Below are positions 40,833-53,068 of a stretch of 64,000 bases of DNA, piece after piece. The translations under genes were made by a program, and so were the position numbers. Under the pieces are notes generated by a model, which did no database searches, was not told where the DNA came from, and was given only the letters and a program-made list of their open reading frames with translations. How positions within the stretch are numbered: the stretch's first letter is position 1; every line of letters starts with the position of its first letter. Source of the DNA: Geosiphon pyriformis uo1 (Eukaryota > Fungi > Glomeromycota); contig JAAOMT010000512.1 of NCBI GenBank assembly GCA_016748015.1, positions 902,719 through 966,718 of the forward strand. Reading direction: 5' to 3'.

Positions 40833-43105
40833 TATTCAATTTCTCTTTCACAAGTTTAAATTTCTTTATGAAGGCTAACTGTGACTGTTGAAAGAAACAT
40901 GAATATATAATTTTAGATGGCTTATATTGATTGATCATACTCACACGATGTTAAGTATACTTTCTGGAAGTAGAACATACAAGTTTTAAATGACAATACT
41001 CCTTATTCCATCACCACAGAAAAATCTCGCTTATGTCGTCCCGAGGATATCTTTGATGAGGCCCTAGAGATGTGACCAATGAGATTTCAGGAGTTGAAAG
41101 GGAGGACTCGGGAGAACCCAAAGGAGATACAGTTTAACAATTCCACCTTGAAAAAATAAATTACAGAAAGACGATCAATAGAATTGTGAAGACGAGCAAA
41201 GACAGAATATAAAATAAAGCAAAAATACACTTTCCACAAACTCTTTTTTTTTTGCATGCTCCCGAAAAATTTGCTCTCCACTACTTTGTTTTACTTCGTC
41301 ATCACTGTCAGTTATCGAATGAGAACGGTTTAAGACATGCAGTGTTATTTGATATAACTAATCGTTTAAAAAAGCTGGTTTTAATTTTTGGAAACCTTAA
41401 TAAAATGAGCTTTTATTTATCATCTTCAACTATGATATTTATAGTAAATCCTACTTTTTTACAAACTTAAAAGTAGTAAATTTGGGAAACTTTATTTTTG
41501 AATTCAAAGTAAGATTGTTTATTTATTTTGAACGAATTTTTAAATTTATGTAAAATTGACATTATATTGTGTTTTTTAAATTTTTATAAAGTGCTAAAGG
41601 TCTCATTTTTAAAAATTTTCCCAACCTATAAAAATTTCTTATTTTAAAAGACAACTATTTTTTTATTAAAATTAAAAATAAAAATAAAATTCAATTTCAT
41701 TATACAAATTATTAGCTTAAATAATCAAAAGACTTCACTATTAAATTTTAGAGACTTGAAAATAATTCTCAATTTATCTTGATCGAAATATCAAATTTTT
41801 CTCTTAAAAATTAGGGTCTAATTCACGTTCAATATTGATGCAGGATATACGAAAATAGACTCTTTGTGAATGGGAAAGATTATTATTTGTGAATCTAAAA
41901 ATTTCTTGGCAGTTAATGGTTCCATGCAAAATATTAAGATGTCACGAGTTTACACTCCTTAAAAAAATCCAAAAGTTCTCAAGTAAAATAACATCATTCT
42001 ATAAAGATGTTTAAAAAATTAATTAACTAAAGAATTTTCAGCACGATATAAATATATAAACTAATAAATAAATAAATAAATAAATAAATTTTTACAGACA
42101 TAGAACAGAAAAAGGTAATAGTTTTAAGAAACGGTAACAACACAATTTTTTAAACTTAATTTTTTATTTATTTCATCCTAAATTTTCGAAAATTCCCAAC
42201 TCTTAAAGGAATTGTCTTTTAAATGCTATTTTTAAGTGACTAATCAACAAATTTCAGGATGATCAATGAAATGAAACATCGAATATTTCCAAAAATCTAC
42301 TCGATGTAGATTTTCTATAAAGACCTTTGTTGGTAATGCCTAGCTTATCATCAAAAAACAAGATGAAGGTATCATTACCTTTGTAGCCTTTGTTTTTAGC
42401 TCGAAGATTCTAATCTTCATTACATATGGTTTTTCAGATTATTTAAGGTCAAAAAAAGAGTTAATCAAATGCATCAAAGACATTCCTTACAATCTTATTT
42501 GTTCATTTTATGTGAAAAGAAAAGGCTTAGACGATGCATATCAATAAGTTTAATGAAATAATATATATAGTAATAACATTCTTGATCCAATTTTATTTTT
42601 AGAATTGACAACTATCACTATTCCTTTTAATGGTTAAAATCTTGATTTTCAAAAAGTATTGGAACTAGATCAAAACATCTAATTTCAAAAATGTTCAATT
42701 GAGATGTTTGTTTAGGCATAAAATGAAATAATACATAGGAACTAAATAAATAAATAAATGAGATTCCATCTTTACGAGACAGTTGCGCTTCTGCGTTTAA
42801 TCATAATTTCATTGACGCTATAACATTGCTCGTTTGAACAGGATTATCGGTCTTGCTGGTTAGTAATATTCGTAGCTTTTGAAGTCCTCAGAGTTTCAAA
42901 AAAAATTGTATTCAAAGTACTTCAACTATTCAAATTTTACGTCAAGTTGAAATATATGAACTTCAGAAACTAAGACCATATTCCCTTAATTTAACATACG
43001 AGATAATACAATTCAAAGAAACAACCTTTCTCGTCATCGTCATCTTTTCCAAGAAAGATTAACTAAATCTTTTGAATTTTTTAGAAATCCCAAACCAGCA
43101 ATAAA

Positions 43106-43599
43106 ATGACTAAAGTCAACTTCTCATTAACTTTTTACACGGTATTAAAAATTCTTATAAAAGAAACTTTTTAAAATTTTGTTTAGCTCTAAAATTCTAT
43201 TTTTTTTTTTTTACCGAATAGCTTCTCTTTATCCTGCTTGGATTTACCATTTTCCAAAAAACCTTTGCCTCGAATGTTGACGTGGCTTTATACAAAGATG
43301 AATCCCAAGAAGGTCAAAATTGGGCAATGACTTTAAAAACATCTAAATGTGTTGACCTTCCGGATTGGATCAATGGGAATAAGACAGAGTCATGTTATAC
43401 AAATGGTTGCTTTTGGGCTTTTACAAATCAAGGCTGTAAAGGACGAAAATTCAGGGTATGCCCAAGGACTTGCAATTTTTTCGGTGGCCTTTCAGATACT
43501 GTTAATTCTATTAGGAAAAACGTAAGAACTAGTTATTCTGTCAAATTCACCAAACATGTTCATGGACAGAGGAAAAAGATTAAAAGAAAAAATTACTAA
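43106..43599 (+). CDS. Small secreted Cys-containing beta/gamma-crystallin-like protein (~137 aa)
   Basis: Exon 43106-43141, GT-AG intron, exon from 43222. Signal peptide MTKVNFSLTFYTLLFILLGFTIFQKTFA; two Greek-key-like motifs LYKDESQEG...NKTES and AFTNQGCKG...DTVNSIR. Confidence 0.7.
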
Positions 43600-44919
43600 G
43601 AAATATTAAACTTTCGGAACATTTGTCTTTTCTTTAAAATATTGTAGTTTTAGCCCGACAATATGTATATTAGTATGTAATATAAAGAGTTCAATCATTT
43701 TTTTTTTAATTCGGGGGGGTTTTTTTTTTGAAAAATGGGATAAATTTTTATCCGAAATAACGGACAAAAAATGAGCCGATCGCGACTACGATTTTGTTAA
43801 CCAGTTTATGTAGTAAAGACTTTAACTTCCGAAGTAGTCACCATCAGATGTTTTGAATTATCTTAAAATTATAATTTCACAAATGAACGAATAGCATTAA
43901 TTTTAAATGAGCGAATCATGGTTACATGTATTTATAAACTCAATAATTATCGCATTTTAAAAAGTGATTTTCCTTTAGATGTAAAAAAAAAAGAATGGAA
44001 GAATATTATTATATCCAAGCGATACTTAAAGTTTATCCCCGCAATAAATCTTTTATTTTTAAAATTTTTAAATTTTCGATTTTCAGAAAACGAAAAAATA
44101 TATAAATTCTATTCTTTGTCTCGATGCAAAAATAAAAATTTTCATTACGAGTAAGTGAATGGGTATTTTGATTTAAACATTTTTTCTGATATACTTCAAG
44201 AAATGGCATTTTATAGAATTATTATTTTTTGGAAAAACGCCTAGCCGTAACACAGTAAATATAAAAAAGTTGATTTGTTTTATTTTAATCTTTAAAAAAT
44301 TCCTTGGTTCAAAATTCAATTTGTTTTTCGTCTTTTACAAAAATCTGCAACTAACTTTACCGTTTTATTCCATTTTATCCCTTTGACAAGATAAATTAAT
44401 ACTATTTAGTCAATAAAAGTTTCAATTCTAATGGATAATATTAATTGGAATAGTTTTTTATTCCTTCTAGTAATGCCAAAAACAAATCTCGCAGGTTTTT
44501 ATGGACTGACACATTTTTCTCTTTGAAACAAGTAATTTTTTGTTGTTGAATATTTCAACAGATGGCAATAAGTTTTTTTCAAGAGCATCGAAAAATTTCA
44601 AGCAATTCTTTTTCCTTATACCAAGATCGAAAGCACTCTCATTCATCTCTCGATTTATTTCCAAAAAACTTAAATTTGGTATTCACAAAAAGATTTTATT
44701 TACTTAATGATTAAGAAAAACACACCAATTGGAAAGAAAATTTTACATTGACCAATTTTACATTTTCTAATCCTAATTGTTAATTTTTTTACTTTGGTCA
44801 AATAACCTATGAAACTATTTCCATAACTGATTTAAAAAAAAATTTATATAGGTCATGGATTGATCTATCCAAAAACATATAACAGTGCCATTTGAGAAAG
44901 GATTCCGTTAAAATTTTGC

Positions 44920-47900
44920 TCATTCAAGCGTCCGGAATCCATATACTTTACCAAAATAGCGGGATTTTATAAAGCACCAATGAACGTTGAGATTAAGCGC
45001 TTCATTTTCGGATTCCAAAGAAAACTTTTCACATTCAACACGTCTTTGAATTTCCAAATTTAAACTTTTTGTATCCCAAGATCGATAAGCAATAGAAAAC
45101 TCTGGACTTTTACCTATCATTGGATACCGAAGGTTCAATGCGAGTGAATATTCCATAGCTGCTGATTCGTTTGTTGGTCTGAGTGGTTCTTCAATTGGAA
45201 GGGATATTCGTAGACTGCTTTCTCTAATTTTATACTTTTCGCTGGACTGGCCATGAAAGAATTTGTATTCTCGAAGTTTTGGATTAGAATATCCTATCGT
45301 CGATGGTACTCCGATCAAAAACCAATTAAAATGATATTTCCTAATCGAAGAGACATAATTGCTAGTTTATGAAATCTTGAGGTTTATTGTTCTAAAATGA
45401 TCAACTTTAAATTAAGGTCTCTTACTTTGCATTTTGCTCATCAGAATTCGTGTAATTTTCTAGTCGCCATGAAACTGAAAAGCCAAACTCATCTTGTAAG
45501 GAAAATAGTATTTGGAGACCATGTTCATTTACTGGACCTGATTGAGAGGTGATAGATCCGAAAAGTTGGTATTGAGTGCTTTTCAGCGGGCGCTCAAAAA
45601 GGATCCTTTTGTATTCCTTTTCGATATCGTTCAAGGCTTCTGATCCTTGCATGAGAATTCGCTCTTCTGGCTTACACAAATCGTTGAATCTTTCTTGTTG
45701 ATTCAACTCAAAAAGTTCGTATAGTGGAGCTATTGTTCGATCGATAATTCTCCATTCAGAATCAATTTGAGGCCAGTCTGAAACATTTCTTTTTCAAGCA
45801 ATCATTTTTTAAGACGAATGATGTTATTATCGCTAATTTAAATATGAAATATAAATTAATAAATATTTTCAGCAACAAACCTGATATCGTTTGGATATCC
45901 ATCCAGCGTCATTAAATATGAAGAGTCAAAAGGTACAATTAACGTTTCCCATTTTTTCAGAGCTTCTTTAACTCTGTCATCTCCGTCAACTGTGAAATTT
46001 CCAAAATTTGAATTATAAACAGACCTCGCAAATTTTGATGAGCTAGCCATTAAAAAAATTATTAGAAATACCCTTTTCGAAAGTGAATTCATCTCTATTA
46101 GAGTTCCGATCAGATTTTGCGGGGTTTCGAACGATTCGTCGCAGTTTATCACCGAGCACAAATTTCTTGCACCACCAATGCCCATAAGTCTTAAAAATTT
46201 CATTGAATTCTTCAAATGGATGCATATCATCCAAAGCATCGCCTACTTTTGAAATCAGTTCTGGTGAGACCTCTATATCATTGGGCATCAATGTAAATCT
46301 CGCTTTTTCAAACGAAAATTCACAAAAAACGTCAGAAGTTGGCGATAAATCGAACAGAGGATGATAAAGTTTTTGAGAGTGCAAGTTCGATTGGAATGAC
46401 TCGAATATTTTTATAGGAGAACTTTGGTTGAGGTTCGAGCTTTCTTGTTGTAAGTGACTCGATAACAAAAAAGATTCACTATTATTTGGACTTATGTGAA
46501 GTGCTAATCTTTTTGAGTCATTGAATTCCAATTTTGCCGAACGAATTCTCAATGTTGATTTGGAAGCCTGCAAAATTTTATCAGGCTGGATAACTATGCC
46601 AGTCTCAAGACATGAAAGATTTTCGGATTTCCAAAAATTAGGATGTTTGCAATTTTTGAAAACACTTGATCCGTTTTCCAAACCCATCAGGAATGAGTTC
46701 CAATCATTCAGTGTTTTATTTGTTGACTTGTCGCTTTGATAGACGATATTAGAATCTTTATAATTTGCTTTGCCATCTTTCTTTGTTGAACTTTCAGGAT
46801 GCCTTTGACTAAGGGCTCTTTGAGACTCTTCCTCTGTTAAGTGAAGTTCAATCAATAAAAATAATTAATACCATTATTGAAATAAATTTAATGTGCTTAC
46901 TTATATTAAAAACATTCAAATTTAAATAATAATAAATAATAAGTTTACCATTTGTAGAAAATCCAGATTTTGTTATTAATCGGCTTCTATATCTTGCCAT
47001 ATCTCGTATAGTATCTTGTGTCTCTTCAGATTCAAGGCTTTTTTCACGGATAGGTTGATTTAGGTCACAATTATCGCGAGCAGCAATAACGGTTCGTTGA
47101 AGTTCTTCTGCACTATCACGACAAGACGGATCATATTGCCAATTTTTTTTAATCATTTCCTGAATACATTGAGGCGTATGCTTTTTGATTATAGGGCGCT
47201 GTCCGTTAATCACATCAGATCGCACGTGAATAGGATCTGTATTATTAAGAGGTCTTTCTCCCGAAATAATTTCACAGGAAATGATGGCAAAGCTGTATAT
47301 ATCACTGCACTTAGTGTGAGGATCCCCCTTGCAGATCTCGGGTGCGAGATACTCAAGAACACCATAAATATTACTAGACCGTGGAGAGTAATCGGCACGA
47401 CGACAAAATCCGAGATCAGAAATGACAACTTTTAAGGGGTTTGTTTTCAAAATAAGGATATTTCCAGGATGTAGGTCTCCATGCACTAGCCCTGATTCAT
47501 GTATGAATCTTAGGCCACCAGTGATTTGAAAAAGAATATGAAGGAACACGTCCCAAGTGAAAATATCTTCGTTCAACTTGAGAAAGGCTCTGAGGTCCCC
47601 GTGTTCGGCAAATGGTAAAACCATAACAAATTTATTAGTTGTAATATCTTTTGTGATTCCATAGCATTGAAGGATGTATTTACAAGAGGCACAACGAAGA
47701 TGGGCAATAAGCTATTTCAATGCATTGTCTAGTGTTAGAAAAGAAAAGGGAAGAATAAAAATCAGAAAATTCTATTAAATGAAATTACCTCAATTGAATT
47801 AACGTATTCAATGTTTTGGCTATTATTAAGACATTTCAAAGCAACTCTCGTAACCCCAGTTCTCTCATACTTTTGTTTTTCTCTGTCCCAAAATAAAATT

Positions 47901-49484
47901 TTGCCTCTCTCCCATGTACCTTCTTTAACAACACCAAATCCTCCCGTTCCCACCATTTCCAAAAATTTGATCTCGTCGGGAGAAATCCATTCCAGGCAGC
48001 TTCTACTGCTCTCAGAAATTGACTGTGAATGGTATATATAACTATCAATATTATTATTTTCGCTATTCCATGTTCCCCAAAGGTTTGAAAATCGTGAAGA
48101 TTCACAAGATCTACACCAAAGTGGATCTTTTAATCTGCGATAGCATTCTGGACATTTTGGCAAACCAGCTTCAAATACATTATTATCATTGTTTTCGCTT
48201 TTATCAGTATCACAAAATGCACATATAGGATATCCACTAATGATTGTATACAAGTTACCACATTTAAAACACTTAAATTCATCTGAAAGCTGGTCAAAGA
48301 AAGCTTCAAAATCTAAGAGCTCTCCTTTAGAATTATCCGGACATTTTAATCCTCGACTTTGAAATCGCAAAATGAAATGTTCTAAATTATTTTGATCCTG
48401 TAAAGTGAAGTCAAGGGCATTCAACTCAAGAAAATCACTTTGATAACATAAGTTATTTGCTCCCGCTGCTTTTAAATAGAGTTCAAATGCTTTTTGGATG
48501 TTTTTTGTGGTTCCTCATCCATTTTGATAACACCATCCTAGGTTATATTGTGCATTTTGATTTCCCGCCTCTGCTGTTTTTAAATAGAATTGAAATGTTT
48601 CTTCTAAATTTTTCACTATTTCCCATCCCTTTCGATGATACGTTCCAATACTGTGGACTCGGATTTCCCTCTTTTTCCAGATCTTCCGTTATTTCTAATC
48701 GAGTTCGATGATATACTCTAAGAGCGATTTGTCCAAGTAAATCTCCCGCCTCTGCTGCTTTTGAATAAAGTTCAAATGCTTTTCCCTCGTTTATCGTTGT
48801 TCCTAATCCATCTACATAACAACTTGCAAGATTGTATTTTGCCTCTAAATGTCCCGCCTCTGCTGCTTTTCAATAAAGTTCAAATGCTTTTCCCTCGTTT
48901 ATCGTTGTTCCTAATCCATGTACATAACAACTTGCAAGATTATTTTGTGCATCTAAATGTCCCGCCTCTGCAGCTTTTGAATAAAGTTCAAACGCTTTTT
49001 CTGAATCTTCTGTCGTTCCTCTTCCATTTAAATAACAAAGTGGAAGATTATTTTGTGCATCTAAATTTCTCGCCTCTGCAGCTTTTGAATAAAGTTCAAA
49101 TGCTTTTCCTCGATCTTGTGAAGTACCAATTCCATCAAGATAACAATGACCTGAGAAGAATTGTCCAAAAGAATCTTTTGCATTCGCTGCTTTCTGATAT
49201 TCTAAAAATGCTTTTTTTAAATTAGGAATAGTTCCAATTCCATGTTCTAAAGAAAAGCCGAGCAAAATATGGTCTATTGAATGCTTTGAATTTTTATTTT
49301 TCAAATGATTGAATAAGTCTTCAGGTTTTTTCTGATTGCGTTCAAGATATTTTTTCACTAATTCAGCAACTTTTGAATATTTTCCAACTGGAAAAAAGGC
49401 TAAACTTTCTTTGAAGACAAACAATGTTCCTTCAAGCCAGTCGAGGAGTGGAGTTGCATTTTCAATTGATGAAGTTGAAGACAT
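44920..49484 (-). pseudogene. Sel1 repeats - Cys-rich linker - tyrosine-kinase-like kinase - MACPF-like domain fusion; lesions confined to the Sel1 array
   Basis: Exons 49484-47789, 47711-46949, 46833-46072, 45989-45881, 45788-45426 and 45340-44920 splice in frame. Motifs KAFELYSKAAEAG repeats, GTGGFG, VALK, HGDLHPGN, DLG, APE, FKTYGHWWCKKFVLGDKL. Stops at 48870-72 and 48515-17 plus a frameshift between them. Confidence 0.8.
48430..49300 (-). repeat. Sel1-like repeat array (108-bp units)
   Basis: Near-identical DNA units start at ~48764 and ~48872 (AATAAAGTTCAAATGCTTTTCCCTCGTTTATCGTTGTTCCTAATCCAT), with further units at ~48980 and ~49088. Confidence 0.9.
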
Positions 49485-51899
49485 GATTTGAATATTTTGT
49501 ATGGGTAAAGAAGGATTTTTAAAGAGTTCGTCTTGGTAATAAATAAGGATTTCAATCTATAATCACATTCTCGAAAAGGTTAGGGTTCAAAAATAGACGC
49601 TTACTTTATTCGCTCATTTATCTGGAACTGTTAAAAGGGATCATTCTTTTATTGCTATTGTTAAATGAAAACACTTTTGATTGGTGATTGCTGGTTTCAA
49701 TAGCTCATTGATAAATTTCTAAATGCATAAGGTTGCAGAGGCCCTAGCTGCTTCCAAAAATATTTTTAATAAAAAGTAGATCACTCTTACAGGAATTAAG
49801 GTCCTCAGTTGAATAAATTTATATTGTATTTCAACGAGTCGATAAAACCGACTTAATTGAAGCATTATTTAGAGATGCAAGATTTAGTTTTTCATGTTCT
49901 TTTAAATTAAACTCTAATGATATCAGAATTCATTTTTTGCTTTAGCTTAATAGATCATTTTTATTTAACAGAGTTTATATAATAACCAAACACTCGATTT
50001 CCAAAAATATAAAATTTATATGAAAATAAATTTTACTTAATATATTTCAATTTAATAAACATAATTTTGCATCATTACCAATTAATCAATTGTTTATTTT
50101 AATTATTGATTTCTTTTTCACTTTCCAGAAAATAGATCAATTAATCAATGCACTTTTCTTTAGAAAATTTTTACTTTGTTAAAATCTATTTCTTTTAATT
50201 ATGTATTAATTAAAAACACAAAAATATTCAAATATTTAAATAATAAACAATTAATAGATTTAAAATCTAAACACTTTTAAACTTTTTCAGCAATATCAGA
50301 TGGAATAAAAAAAATATTCATCACAAAAAATTGATTTTGAAACTGGAATTTTGCATGTTAAAAATTAGATTATTAAGTTTTATTTTGGTACCAAAGTTGT
50401 GCATAAAATATTAAAATTTCAAATACAAGTTGAAAAATTTTTGTTATTTTCACTGTGTTATAGGCTGATATCTGTTGAAAATTAGATTTTGAAAACAATT
50501 CAAATTAATATCTGATTAGATTAATATTCAGATAAATTTATAATTTCAAATATTAAAAATCAAATTCAAACATTTATTTAAATTATATTTAATCTTTCAG
50601 AAAACCAATGTTAAAAATAAAAATAAATTTCAAAAATAAAAAATTAGAAGCAATTGTCGCTTTTTAAGACTATGTGTTGGTTTGTTATTTTTAAAATTTA
50701 TAGTTAAATTTTATATATGTATATAATAGATATACTAATTTATGAAACATTAAAAATAGTTCACTCTAATTCAGTAACCCACTTTATATAATTAAACTTT
50801 TATTAATTCAAAAAATTTTTTATATTTTTTTATATTTTTTGTTAATTCAAGTCAATTTTTAATTCTGTATTAGTGTAAAAAGTAATCTACATTATTAATA
50901 TAAATTTTTTTAAATTTAATAGATTTTTTCTTTAATAAAATATTTCATTCAATTAAAATAATTAAAAAACATAGTTATGTATGTTTTTTTTAATGCACAA
51001 GGACAAATACACGAAAGTGATACAATGTAGGAATTTTAAGTTTTACATATAAAAATGCAAGGTAAAATAATTTTATAATTAAAATCTATTTGTTTAATAT
51101 TTTTGTTTGAGCATTTTTATCAAATATATAAAATAATATTTGTGTTTTAAATAAATTTTGATATGTTAAAAATGTTTTAAAGCTATTCAGTATTTTACAT
51201 TATTAATCAAAGTATTAAAACTAATAAAATAAAAATAATTACTTTATAACATATTTTTAAATATTTTTTCGAATAAAATTAAAAAAAAACAACTTAATAT
51301 AAATTTTCAATAGATTATTTATATACTAGATTTATGTTTGTAAATAGAAGATATTACTTTTGTTTAAAAAAATAATGAAAATTATTAAAATTATTATAGA
51401 ATTATCTGAAATATTATATTAGTTGATGATATTTTGCAATTTTAGGCTAAAAGTGTCAATTAGTTTAGACTTGAAACATTCCCTCATGTAAATTGTTTGA
51501 ACGGGTAGAGATCGTCCGGGATTTTAGACTGAAAGTTCTGAAAACACACATTCCCTTGATCCGGAACTCAAACATGAGATTTTTTCGCGTACCAATCTAA
51601 ATGAATTCTAAGGTTACAGATGGCCTTAACCGCTTCCAAAAATTATTTCTTTATATCAAAGAAACAAAGGACAAATATCCTTAATTAGTGATAGCCTTCA
51701 TAACAGGTTTAAAGTAATTCCTTGACTCATATATAGCAGAAGAAAATTTATTTTAGCTACTACATTAAAAAAATACGATTACAGTTTCTATCAAGATTTT
51801 TTAATGAAAAGTTAATGAGATTGAACTGATTAATTATATTATTTAATTAATTAAATAACTATTTTAAAAATAAAAGTTAATAATTAAATTATATTAAAA

Positions 51900-52245
51900 A
51901 CAATTCGAAATTTTTACTTATAATCCAAGAAACACTAAATTAAATATTTTTTGATAAAATTGAATATTTTTGTGCCAATTAAAAAAGAATTTTTTTTATA
52001 AATAATTGGAAATTTGAAAATACATATAGTTTATTTTTGAAAATGGCAACTTTCTCTCTTTCAATAAAATATATCTTAGCTTAATAACTTACAATAGAAT
52101 TATCTTCCACTTGATAATTTAATAATATCTTTTATATTTGCATTTCTTTAAAATTTACTTTTATCTCACTATAAATTAATAACTTTATAAATGATTAGCT
52201 ACCAATTTTAGTAGACTGATTAGTTTATTCTTATCTTAGGCCAGA
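51900..52245 (+). repeat. Degenerate solo-LTR fragment related to the Gypsy LTRs
   Basis: AACTTTCTCTCTTTCAATAAAATATATCTTA and TGATTAGCTACCAATTTTAGTAGACTG match LTR segments at 14616-14645 and 23298-23324, in the same order. Confidence 0.55.
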
Positions 52246-53068
52246 GAAATTGTTACTAGCTGAAACTTCCTAATGTCTCCGAACATTTAAACAAGGAATT
52301 TTTCCAAAAAAATCAAAAAATCAAAGAATAGTGTGTTGAATTTCAAATAAATTCCCTAGCAGGAATCATTAACTCTACTATGAAATAAACATCCAAATTT
52401 TGCTTGTGCTAATATTAGCATTGAAATTTTACTTATCAAAGATGCCTTTAACTACAATTTTTACATGCTAAATTTAAGCTTATATTCTTTTCAAGCATTA
52501 ACAAACTTTCTTTTAAAAAAGTTGCAATTTTGTAATTAGACTTGATACAAATTAATTTTTCTGAAAGTATGTCAAATTTTTTTTAACTTGAATTCTAAAA
52601 ATCTATATATTCTCTTGTCAAAACCTCTATTATAGGTTTTAAAATAGTTATTACGAAGTGTCAGCTAAATCTAATATTTTAGATTCTTTCTTGCTTAGCT
52701 TATAAATTAAATGTAAACTTATTAATTGAACCAAATTTAATCAAAGTATTAACAGAAAGACACTTTTAAAAAATATTATTCATTTGCACAGTTAAAAAGA
52801 CAACTTCTACAGACTGTTTAGGATGAATATCTGGTACGAGTTTAGTTGATACATCGCATCTCAATAGGGATGAGGTTATTTCACAATGACGTCGGAGGCT
52901 GCATAATTCATTTAAAATTTCCTGTTTATAGGAATTAAGAAGTACATGTATAACGAATTTTGGTAAGTATAAAGTAACTTGGTCTATCTGACGGCCTTAA
53001 TATTTTTAAAAACGTCCTAATTTTTATTTTTGCTGGTTAGCAGCTAAAAGACATTCTTTATCTTAATC

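Noticed and set aside
48457-49225. Plus-strand repetitive ORFs 48457-48711 and 48761-49225
   Set aside because: They are antisense shadows of the Sel1 array.
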